Below, piece after piece: positions 42,561 to 50,491 of a stretch of 64,000 nt of DNA. Numbering within the stretch: the stretch's first letter is position 1; every line of letters starts with the position of its first letter. Under the pieces are notes generated by a model. The model made no database searches. It saw nothing but the letters and a program-made list of their open reading frames with translations, and was not told the DNA's origin. Both the position numbers and the translations under genes were made by a program. The stretch is from an uncultured Pseudomonadota bacterium (GTDB taxonomy: Bacteria; Myxococcota_A; Polyangia; Fen-1088): NCBI GenBank assembly GCA_963847705.1, contig CAWKBC010000035.1, forward strand, positions 1 through 64,000. Direction: 5' to 3'.

Positions 42561-42639
42561 ATGCGCGGTTCCGGGGAAGAAAATGGTCAGCACTCCGTTG
42601 GTTGATTGGTTAGAATTCCAATACCACGGGGGAGCTCAA

Positions 42640-42795
42640 ATGGACGCCAACAAGAACCAGACCACCGACACCAAAGACACCATCATCCCGACCGACGGCG
42701 CGCCAGCGCCCGCGACCGGAGATGACGCCGAGTTCAAGATCGAGATCCGGAAGCTGGAAGTTCCGGTCCGCCCGCGCGGCGTCCTGGCAGAATAG
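42640..42795 (+). CDS. Putative RiPP precursor/scaffold peptide 2 (51 aa)
   Basis: GGGAG RBS. MDANKNQTTDTKDTIIPTDGAPAPATGDDAEFKIEIRKLEVPVRPRGVLAE. Confidence 0.85.
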   Translation: MDANKNQTTDTKDTIIPTDGAPAPATGDDAEFKIEIRKLEVPVRPRGVLAE

Positions 42796-42809
42796 TCGCC
42801 TCGATCTCA

Positions 42810-42834
42810 CGCGGGATCCTCAAGGGATCCCGCG
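42810..42834. terminator. Palindrome after peptide 2, between convergent genes
   Basis: cgcgggatcc-tcaag-ggatcccgcg. Confidence 0.6.
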
Positions 42835-42849
42835 CCCTCGCAACACGCG

Positions 42850-44538
42850 TCAGTCCGCGCGCTCGATCCGGAGTGCTCCGCGGGAATTTCGAAACGGGGC
42901 GAACGCAGCGTGAAGCTTGCGCCGCTGGATCTTGCCGGTGTGCGTGCGGGGAATCGGCGTCGTGCCGTAGAGAATGATCTTGGGGCGCGCGTCGAGCGGC
43001 ATCTCGCCCACCACCTTGGTGAGGCGGGCGCGCAGCTCGTCGGCGAGCTCTTCATTCTCGAGGTAGAGGCCGATCTCCTCGCCGTGAACGTCGTGCGGAA
43101 ATCCGAGCGCGACCAGCCGGCCCTCGATCTCCGGCAGCTCGGTCACGATCCGCCGCTCGATCGCCAAAGGGCTGAACTTGTCGCCGTCCCGGATGATCGT
43201 CTCCTTGATCCGTCCGGTGATGAAGAACGCCGGCCCGCCCGCCGAGGCTTGGGGCTCGCCGGCTTGCTGTCCGCCTGCGGAGGCGAGGGGCCCGCCCGCG
43301 GAGCCTCGAGGCTGGCCTGCCTGCTGAAAGAAACCCTCGTCGCCCGTCCGCAGCCAGCCGTCTGCCCCGAGCGTCGCCGCCGTCGCGCCTTCATCACGAA
43401 AGTAAGACAGCATGGTGCTGTGGCCGCGCACGCACAGCTCGCCGCGCTGGTCGGCCGGCAGCGTCGCCCCATCGGCGCCGACGACCTTCACCTCGGTCCC
43501 CGGCAGCGGGCTCCCGATGCAGGTCAGCTCTCCGCCGTAAAGGAGCCGCCGTCGTTCATCCTCGGCCAGATCGGCCGGAAGGCAGCAGGCGAAGTTGGTG
43601 TACTCGGACAGCCCCCAACCTTGCAGCAGACGGAGGTTGGTCTTCTCCTCGAAGGCGCGGGCCAGACTCACGGTCAGGGGCGCCGACGAGACGAGAACTG
43701 CGCGCAGCGTCGGGAGCTTCTCGGCGCGGACGCCGAGCTGCAGGAGAGGCTGCAGCAGCGTCGGGACCACGCTGGTCAAGGTGACCGACTCGACCCGGAG
43801 GACCTCGCCCCAGGCGAACGGATCGAACCGCTCCATGAAGACGAGGTGCCCGCCGGTGGTCAGCGTGGTCATCAGGCCGAACCCCAGCGCGTGCGCGTGG
43901 TAGAGCGGCAGCACCGCCAGCTGCGTCTCGTCCTCGAAGCGAAAATTGAGCGCCATGCTCCAGGCGTTGGCGAGCAGGCTCCCTTGCCCCAGCGCGACGC
44001 CTTTGGGATTCCCGGTGGTCCCGGAGGTGTAAAGGACGATCGCCATCTGCTTCTCCAGCGACCTCGCGGCCGCGGGCGCCGCCGCCGCGGGAGGCGGTGA
44101 CGCGCCGCCGCCGCCGGCATCGGGCACCGTCTCGTCCTCGAAGGCACAGACGACGGCGGGACGGGCCACCAGCCAATCGAGCAGCTCACGCGCGCCGAAG
44201 ACGAGACGCGCCTCCGAGTGCGCCAGGATGTAGTCCCAGTCCGCGGGCGGCGTCGTTGGATTGAGCGGGACGACGGCGGCGCCGAGCTGCATGGCTGCCA
44301 GAAAGAGCGCTGGGACCTCCAGCCGATTGGGCGAGAGGACCGCGACGCAATCTCCCTGCCGCACGCCGAGCTCGTCCCTCAGCCGGCGCGTGAATCGCTC
44401 GACAGCGCCGAGCAGCTCCCCGTAGGTCCAGTGCCCCGCGCGTGTCTTGCCTTTGTAAAAGGTGAGCGCCGGCCGTCCCGCAGGGAGGCGGGCGAGACCG
44501 TCCAGCAGGGCGGGGATGTCCTCGAAGCGTGTCGTCAT
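42850..44538 (-). CDS. Adenylate-forming (ANL) acyl-CoA/acyl-ACP ligase
   Basis: LYTSGTTGNPKG, QGWGLSE, WLRTGD, ITGRIKE, PRTHTGKIQR. Confidence 0.92.
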   Translation of the reverse strand: MTTRFEDIPALLDGLARLPAGRPALTFYKGKTRAGHWTYGELLGAVERFTRRLRDELGVRQGDCVAVLSPNRLEVPALFLAAMQLGAAVVPLNPTTPPADWDYILAHSEARLVFGARELLDWLVARPAVVCAFEDETVPDAGGGGASPPPAAAAPAAARSLEKQMAIVLYTSGTTGNPKGVALGQGSLLANAWSMALNFRFEDETQLAVLPLYHAHALGFGLMTTLTTGGHLVFMERFDPFAWGEVLRVESVTLTSVVPTLLQPLLQLGVRAEKLPTLRAVLVSSAPLTVSLARAFEEKTNLRLLQGWGLSEYTNFACCLPADLAEDERRRLLYGGELTCIGSPLPGTEVKVVGADGATLPADQRGELCVRGHSTMLSYFRDEGATAATLGADGWLRTGDEGFFQQAGQPRGSAGGPLASAGGQQAGEPQASAGGPAFFITGRIKETIIRDGDKFSPLAIERRIVTELPEIEGRLVALGFPHDVHGEEIGLYLENEELADELRARLTKVVGEMPLDARPKIILYGTTPIPRTHTGKIQRRKLHAAFAPFRNSRGALRIERAD

Positions 44539-44545
44539 CGTCTCA

Positions 44546-45137
44546 TCACCGCGCGGGCCCGAACGCGTAGGCGTAGGAGGCCTGAATCCGCTCCGAGAGG
44601 ACGCTCAGAATCCTCCATCGAGTTTCTCCAGTCGATGTCGGGCGCCGCCTCTTCCAGCGTGGTGACGCCGAAGTAGAGCGGTTGGAAGCCCATCTTGACG
44701 TAGGCCTTGGCGTAGTCGGCGGCGACGGCCATCTCGTCGTCGAACACGGCCGCCCGGTGGCCGAGGCCAGGATAGTTGGACTTGGCGAACAATCCGACCT
44801 TACCGGCGTCGTTCCAGTGCAGCGCCACGCAGTGGCCGCACTCCTCGCCCGACACGGGATCGATGCGATGGATGGCCAGGAGGCGCCGTTTGACGTCGCC
44901 GAAGAGAAGCTCCAGCAGCCCGTAGGCGAGGATGGCGGAGTCGATGCAGGTGATCTTGGGGGCGTGCAGGGACGACCGGACCGACTGCACGCGGTAAGCG
45001 GTCCGCCAGTCCTCCAGATAGCCGATTCCGTCCAGCACGCGCCGGATGTCCTCTGGCGACTCGAACGGCCCGCCGCCGCCGAGCTCCCGAATGCGGCGGA
45101 ACTCGGCCTCTCCGTACGTGAGCGGCCCTGAGGACAA
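44546..45137 (-). CDS. Transglutaminase/papain-like Cys-His protein (apparent +1 indel at 44609-44610)
   Basis: ITCIDSAILA, ECGHCVAL, GLFAKSNYPGL. Removing one base gives ...DWRNSMEDLSVLSERIQASYAYAFGPAR* (TGA 44546-44548). Confidence 0.6.
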
Positions 45138-45146
45138 GCCCGCGGC

Positions 45147-46145
45147 CTACTCGGAGAGCAGATCGCTCGGCGCGCGCGGCATGGTCGGGAAGCGGGCGTA
45201 GAAGGTGTCGATTCCGTCCATGAAGAGATAGAGGTGCTCGGCCATCGAGCGGACGATGTTGAGCGCGTCGTCCACCTCGGCCCGCGTGAGCGGCGGAATG
45301 CTCTGGCACATCTCCAGGAAGACGTTCTCGTGCCCGAGCTTCTGGTCGGCGTTGGTGTGCGCGATGAAGGAGTCGATCACCTTGTCGGTGTACGGGTAGT
45401 GCTTGCGCATCGCCGCGTAGAAGTCGTCGATCGAGCTGGCGTCCTTGTCGTCGCCGGTGTTCTCGGTCATCTGCAGGAGCTCGTTCCCGGCGTAGTAGCC
45501 GAACGAGTTGCGCCCGGCCGACTCGCTGAGGAAGTTCACCAGCGCGCGCGTGCTCGGCAGCGGCTGCGCCCGCAGCACGGTGTCGTCCGGGAAGAGGCTG
45601 CGCAGCCCCTTGCGGTAGATGTCGCCGTGGTTGTACTCCTCGATGAAGTGCCGCGCGAGGTGCGGCATCATCTCGGGCGTGGCGTTGGCGGCCGCGATGG
45701 CCATGTGCTCGAACGCCCCCTCGATGTAGTGGTACTTCTCGAAGGCGAACCCCAGCACCTGCGCGCGCGAAGCCTTGCCGGTCACGATCTTCTCCCACAG
45801 CGGGTGGTCGTAGATCGGCTGCAGCCAGTGGGTCACGTACTTGCGGTGGATCTCGTAGAACTGCTCGCCGGAGATCCGCTCACCGTCGTCGTCCTTGAAC
45901 GCCAGCACGCCGGTCTGACCGAGCTGCTGCGAGAGCGACTGGACCCGCTTGGGTGACTCCGCGATCCGCTCGGCGATGCTCCCCACGCCGGTGGAGCCGT
46001 CGAGATAAGGCAGCATCTTGTCGAGCAGCCGCGCGGCCGCCCCCTCGAGCAAGACCTCTTGACCCATGTACTCGATGGCCAGCTTGTCGGCGTCACGTCG
46101 CACGACCTTGGCCGTGCGCTTCAGAACAGGTAATTGCGTCTGCAT
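45147..46145 (-). CDS. RRE-like wHTH domain fused to heme-oxygenase-like diiron oxidase (PqqC/CADD-like) #2
   Basis: N-terminal beta-strands plus LDGSTGVGSIAERI..VQSLSQQLGQTGVL; HPLW, EKYHY, HFIEEYNH, AHTNADQKLGH. Confidence 0.8.
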   Translation of the reverse strand: MQTQLPVLKRTAKVVRRDADKLAIEYMGQEVLLEGAAARLLDKMLPYLDGSTGVGSIAERIAESPKRVQSLSQQLGQTGVLAFKDDDGERISGEQFYEIHRKYVTHWLQPIYDHPLWEKIVTGKASRAQVLGFAFEKYHYIEGAFEHMAIAAANATPEMMPHLARHFIEEYNHGDIYRKGLRSLFPDDTVLRAQPLPSTRALVNFLSESAGRNSFGYYAGNELLQMTENTGDDKDASSIDDFYAAMRKHYPYTDKVIDSFIAHTNADQKLGHENVFLEMCQSIPPLTRAEVDDALNIVRSMAEHLYLFMDGIDTFYARFPTMPRAPSDLLSE

Positions 46146-46157
46146 GGGGTCCCCTTA

Positions 46158-47153
46158 CTAATCGAGCAACTTGCTGAACTTCGGCCGCGGCATCGGGTTC
46201 GACTCGACGCCGTAGTACTTCTCGATGCTGTCCGTCCAGAGCCAGATGTGCTCGATGAGCTGGTGGCCGTACTCGAGGACGCGCCCGGCGCGCGTAGCCG
46301 GGATCTCCTTGACGGTGCTGAGGATGTCGAGGAACAGATCGGAGTGCTGGTACTGCACGTCCAGGTCGAGGTGCGCGTAGATGGGCGCGATTGACTCCGG
46401 CGGCAGCTTGTAAAGCTCGGCGCACTTTTCGTAGTACGGGTTGTAGGCGCCGCGGTTGACGGTGGTCCCCTCGAGAACTGCCGAGCAGATCGAGTAGGCG
46501 AGGATGTCTTCACGGGCGGCCTGGCGCATGAAGTTCGACAGCGCCAGCGACATGGGAAGCGGGACCGAGTTGATCACGCTCTCCTCGCTGAAGCCGAGCG
46601 CCTTGAGCGCCTTGAGGAAGTAGTGGTAGTGGTTCCACTCCTCCGCGTAGTGCTTGGCGCGCATGTTCTTGATCGACTTCTCCTTGGTGTGAGCACAGGA
46701 GAGCGGCATGTGGCGGTTGGCGTTCCGCGTGTAGTGATAGAGCTCGATGAGCCACCCCGAGTACATGCGGCGCGAGCCGTTCCCGCTGGTCATCCGCTCC
46801 CAGAACGGATGCGAGAACGCCTCGTCGAGCCAGCTCGGCAAGATCTTGTTGAAGAGCGTGTGGAGCTCGACGCCGCTCAACGTCGCCGGAACCGCGTCCT
46901 GGCGATAGAGGAGACCGGCGCTCTCCAGCGCCTTCGTCAGCCGGCCGAGGCGCGCCTCGTCCATCCCCAGATCGGCCGCGATCTCCTTCTGCGACTGGAC
47001 GCTCGGAACCCGCTCCGCCAACTTTTCGTAAAGGGCAAACTCACGGTTGCCGAGCTGGACCTCGCGGTCGCTCAGTCTGACGGATACGCTGTCCCCCTTC
47101 GGAGCCGCCTCATAGACTCTCCGAACCCCAAATTCTTGACCCATGGTTGCCAT
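46158..47153 (-). CDS. RRE-like wHTH domain fused to heme-oxygenase-like diiron oxidase (PqqC/CADD-like) #1
   Basis: N-terminal SQKEIAADLG..LGRLTKALESAGLL; HPFW, ELYHY, HYAEEWNH, VLE, AHLDLDVQYQH. Confidence 0.8.
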   Translation of the reverse strand: MATMGQEFGVRRVYEAAPKGDSVSVRLSDREVQLGNREFALYEKLAERVPSVQSQKEIAADLGMDEARLGRLTKALESAGLLYRQDAVPATLSGVELHTLFNKILPSWLDEAFSHPFWERMTSGNGSRRMYSGWLIELYHYTRNANRHMPLSCAHTKEKSIKNMRAKHYAEEWNHYHYFLKALKALGFSEESVINSVPLPMSLALSNFMRQAAREDILAYSICSAVLEGTTVNRGAYNPYYEKCAELYKLPPESIAPIYAHLDLDVQYQHSDLFLDILSTVKEIPATRAGRVLEYGHQLIEHIWLWTDSIEKYYGVESNPMPRPKFSKLLD

Positions 47154-47159
47154 CTCTAA

Positions 47160-47189
47160 ACGTTACAGCATCGGCAGAATTCCGGTCAA
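47160..47189 (-). promoter_or_regulatory. Putative sigma70-type promoter for the oxidase operon (near-leaderless)
   Basis: Minus strand TTGACC-N18-TAACGT, 6 nt before ATG 47153, with no SD. Confidence 0.4.
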
Positions 47190-47207
47190 CCTGTGGAGAA
47201 GCGGAAT

Positions 47208-47807
47208 TCATCGAACAATTTTGAGGCGGGACTCCAAATCCCTCTTCACCTCCGGCCACTCCGCATCGAGGATGCTGTAATAGACCGAATCTCGAACCCT
47301 CCCGCTGGACGTGATCATGTGACTGCGCAGAGTGCCCTCTTCCCGGGCGCCGATTCGGCGGATGGCGGCGCGGGAGCGCTCGTTCAGGGCGTCGGTCTTG
47401 AGCTCGACGCGAATGCAGCCGAGAGTCTCGAAAGCATGCTGCAAAAGCAGGTACTTAGCCTCGGTATTGGCGGCGGTGCGCTGCCAGGCTCGCCCGAGCC
47501 AGGTCCAGCCGATCTCGACCCGGCGGTGCGCCGGTTCGATGGCGGCAAATCGGGTGCTGCCGATGGCCTGGCCGGTCGCCCTGTCGATGACGGCGAAGGG
47601 AAGGGCCCGGCCCGCCGTCCTCTCGGCGAGGGCGAACGTGATGTAGGCACCCATGTCGGCGGCCGTCTGGACCGGTTTGGGGGCCCATTGCCACAGAGCG
47701 GCATCCAGCCCGACGGCGCAAAGCGCCCCGTGGTGGGCCTCGGCGAGCGGCTCCAGCCGAATCCGCGCCCCCTCGAGCGTCGTCGCTGTCAACCCGGTCT
47801 CCTTCAT
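47208..47807 (-). CDS. GNAT acetyltransferase (RimJ/RimL family)
   Basis: GGAGG RBS; LEGARIRLEPL, IGSTR, VEIGWTWL, NTEAKYLLL, EEGTLR, RDSVYYSI. Confidence 0.9.
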   Translation of the reverse strand: MKETGLTATTLEGARIRLEPLAEAHHGALCAVGLDAALWQWAPKPVQTAADMGAYITFALAERTAGRALPFAVIDRATGQAIGSTRFAAIEPAHRRVEIGWTWLGRAWQRTAANTEAKYLLLQHAFETLGCIRVELKTDALNERSRAAIRRIGAREEGTLRSHMITSSGRVRDSVYYSILDAEWPEVKRDLESRLKIVR

Positions 47808-47840
47808 GCGAGCCTCCCTTTTTAACAGCTCATGCCATCC

Positions 47841-49364
47841 ATGAGATCCACCATCACCTCCCTCGGGCATTCCGGGCTGGACATCCGTCTTGGATCCGCC
47901 CGGATCGTCTGCGACCCCTGGCTCTCCCAGCGTGGCGCCTACCTCGCCAGCTGGCACCAGTTTCCCCGCAACGATCACCTGGTGGCGAGCGATCTGCACG
48001 ACACCCCGAACCTCTTCATCAGCAGCCCCCGTCCGGATCACTTCGACGTCGAGACGTTGCGCGGATTCCCCAGGACCGTGCGCGTCATCCTTCCCAGGCT
48101 GGCCTCCCCCACGCTGGCCCAGCAGGTGCGTGCGCTCGGGTTCAGCCAGGTCCTGGAGCTCGGCGATGGCGAGCCGGTCGACCTCGGGGAGGGCGCGCGG
48201 CTTTTTCTGTTGGCCTCGCGGGCCCAGCACCTCCTGGGCGCCGCGCTGGTGATCGAACGCGAGGGCCAGGTGATCGTCGATCAAAACGACTGCCCGCTGG
48301 ATGATGCGGCGCTCGACCGGATCGCGGCGTTGAAGCCGGCCGTCCACCTCCTTCAGTTCTCGGGCGCCTCTTACTTCCCCGCGGTCTACGACTTCTCGCC
48401 GGAGCGAATGAAGACGGAGGTCGAACGGGAGGTCGCTGTCATCGCGCGGCGTTTCTTCGACACGGCCACGCGGGCCGGCGCGCGCCACGTCGTCCCCTCG
48501 GGGGGCCCCCCCTGCTTCGTCGACGAACGCGGGTTCGAGCTGAACTTCGGGGGGAGCATCTTCTTCGACGCCGACGAGCTCCTGGCGCGCGCCGCGCGCG
48601 AGGCGCCGCAGCTCCGCGACCGGCTGCACCCCCTCTATCCCGGAGACGTCGCCGCGCGCGACGGCGGAGACTGGAGCTTCGCCGGCCACAGACCGTATGA
48701 CGACAAGCGCAGCTACCTCGCTGCCCACCGCGACCTGCGGGGCCCGGTGCGCCAGAGCTACCTGACCGAGCGGCGCGCGGAGGCGGAGCCGGTCGACAGC
48801 AAGGACTTCCGATCTTACTTGCGCGATTTCTTCCAGTTCGAGGACATGACCGCGGACCTGAGAACCATCATTCAGTTTCGCCTCACCGACGGGCCGTCGG
48901 TCTGGATCGACTTTCGAAAAAAGCCGTACCGCTACCTGACGGAGTGCGAGGAGCCGGCCGCTCACGTCCTGACCCTGGAGAGCGCCTGGGTGAGCCTGGT
49001 GTTGCAGGGGAAGCTGACCTGGCACGAGCTTCTGATGAGCCGGGAGGTGACCATCACGCGCGATCCCGATCGCGAGGTCCCCAAGCTGATGCAACACTTC
49101 GACTACCGTCACGACGAGGCGCTGTTCGATCTGGTGCGGCTCCTCGATCCCGCGCTCATCACGGTGCAGGACGAGCAGATGGAGTACGTCTGCCAGCGCT
49201 TCTGTCCTCATCGCGGGCGCGACCTCGAGTACGCGGTCATCGAGCGCGGCGTGCTCACCTGCACCGCCCACGGCTGGCGGTTCGATCTCCGAAAGGGGGG
49301 GCGCTGCCTCTGGGGCGGTGAGACGCCGCTGCTGGTGAAAGAGATTCGCCCGCTCAGCCGGTAG
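47841..49364 (+). CDS. MBL-fold protein with C-terminal Rieske [2Fe-2S] domain
   Basis: LGHSG, CDPWL, SW.QFP, DQND, PSGGPPCF; Rieske CPH...CTAHGWRFD. Start 47841 or 47832. Confidence 0.8.
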   Translation: MRSTITSLGHSGLDIRLGSARIVCDPWLSQRGAYLASWHQFPRNDHLVASDLHDTPNLFISSPRPDHFDVETLRGFPRTVRVILPRLASPTLAQQVRALGFSQVLELGDGEPVDLGEGARLFLLASRAQHLLGAALVIEREGQVIVDQNDCPLDDAALDRIAALKPAVHLLQFSGASYFPAVYDFSPERMKTEVEREVAVIARRFFDTATRAGARHVVPSGGPPCFVDERGFELNFGGSIFFDADELLARAAREAPQLRDRLHPLYPGDVAARDGGDWSFAGHRPYDDKRSYLAAHRDLRGPVRQSYLTERRAEAEPVDSKDFRSYLRDFFQFEDMTADLRTIIQFRLTDGPSVWIDFRKKPYRYLTECEEPAAHVLTLESAWVSLVLQGKLTWHELLMSREVTITRDPDREVPKLMQHFDYRHDEALFDLVRLLDPALITVQDEQMEYVCQRFCPHRGRDLEYAVIERGVLTCTAHGWRFDLRKGGRCLWGGETPLLVKEIRPLSR

Positions 49365-49471
49365 CGGCCGCTGCCGTCTGCAAGGGGGTTGGTCGGCGAC
49401 GGCAAGAGGCGGTAGATTCGCTCCGTCCCGAGACGAGAGCGCCGCGTGATCCGCCCAGACAAAAGGTTCGT

Positions 49472-50377
49472 GTGACGTCGACCAGACCGTCCCGGCTGAA
49501 GGCAGCCCTGAAGGTGATCCGGCTGCACCAGTGGTCGAAGAACGCGCTGGTCGTGGTGCCCTTGCTCCTGGCGCCGCACGGCCTGTCGTCGATCCAGGTG
49601 GCGCACGCGGCGCTGGCGGCGCTGGCGCTCAGCCTGTGCGCCTCCGCCGGCTACGTCTTCAACGACCTCATGGACGTGGCGGCCGATCGCGCCCATCCCA
49701 CCAAGAACCGGCGGCCGTTCGCCTCCGGCGCGCTCCCGACCAGCTATGGTCCGCCGCTCATCCTCGGGCTCCTGGCGGTCAGCGTGGCCATCTCGCTTTA
49801 TGCCCTGCCGAAGTCGTTCTTCGCGATGCTGGTGCTCTACTTCGCTATCACGCTCAGCTACTCGTTCTACCTGAAGAGCCTGCTGCTGATCGACGTCATC
49901 GTCCTGGCCTGGCTCTACACCCAGCGCGTGCTGGCGGGGGGATTCGCCACCGGCGTCTCCATCAGCGCCTGGTTGCTGGCCTTCTCGATGTTCATCTTCC
50001 TGAGCCTGGCTTTTGCGAAACGCCACATCGAGCTGCGCCACGCCCTCGATGAGTCCGGGAAGCTGCGCAGCCGCGGCTACTACGCGCAAGATCTGAGCAT
50101 GGTCGTTTCGATGGGAACCACCGCCGGCTACCTGGCCGTGCTGGTGTTCTGCCTCTACATCGAGAGCAGCGCGGGGAACGTCATCTATTCACAGCCGAGG
50201 ATCCTCTGGCTGATCAGTCCGGTGTTGCTCTACTGGATCAGCCGCGTCTGGTTCCTGACCCATCGCGGGGAGATGCACGACGACCCCGTGAAGTTCGCTC
50301 TCACCGACCGCCGGAGCTGGCTCTGCGCGCTGGCCGTGGGCGCCATCGCGATCGCCGCCCGCTTCTGGCCGGCGTAG
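49472..50377 (+). CDS. UbiA-family prenyltransferase (decaprenyl-phosphate phosphoribosyltransferase-like)
   Basis: RLHQWSKN, YVFNDLMD..ADRAHPTK.RRPFASG, LAFAKR, HDDPV.FA. Confidence 0.88.
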   Translation: MTSTRPSRLKAALKVIRLHQWSKNALVVVPLLLAPHGLSSIQVAHAALAALALSLCASAGYVFNDLMDVAADRAHPTKNRRPFASGALPTSYGPPLILGLLAVSVAISLYALPKSFFAMLVLYFAITLSYSFYLKSLLLIDVIVLAWLYTQRVLAGGFATGVSISAWLLAFSMFIFLSLAFAKRHIELRHALDESGKLRSRGYYAQDLSMVVSMGTTAGYLAVLVFCLYIESSAGNVIYSQPRILWLISPVLLYWISRVWFLTHRGEMHDDPVKFALTDRRSWLCALAVGAIAIAARFWPA

Positions 50378-50380
50378 AGT

Positions 50381-50490
50381 GTGGGACCCTGGGAGGGTCC
50401 CACGCCCCCCGCGATGGCTCGCGCGAGCAAAGCTCGCGGTCCCCCTGCGCGATCAGCTCGGGTCCCTCCGAGGGTCCCGCGCCCCCCGCG
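50381..50490. repeat. REP-like palindrome cluster between convergent genes
   Basis: gtgggaccct-ggg-agggtcccac, gcgagcaaagctcgc, and a second imperfect gggtccctccgagggtccc. Confidence 0.6.
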
Positions 50491-50491
50491 C

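Noticed and set aside
45147-47153. PQQ biosynthesis (pqqC/pqqD)
   Set aside because: No radical-SAM PqqE or PqqB nearby, and the peptides lack the ExxxY motif (they contain no Tyr).
47208-47807. GNAT as a definite member of the peptide pathway
   Set aside because: It belongs to a common stand-alone family and is separated from the oxidases by a promoter-like element. Involvement cannot be supported without synteny data.
47208-49271. 687-aa extended GNAT ORF
   Set aside because: The N-terminal part is antisense to the MBL-Rieske gene. The real start is ATG 47807 with a GGAGG RBS.
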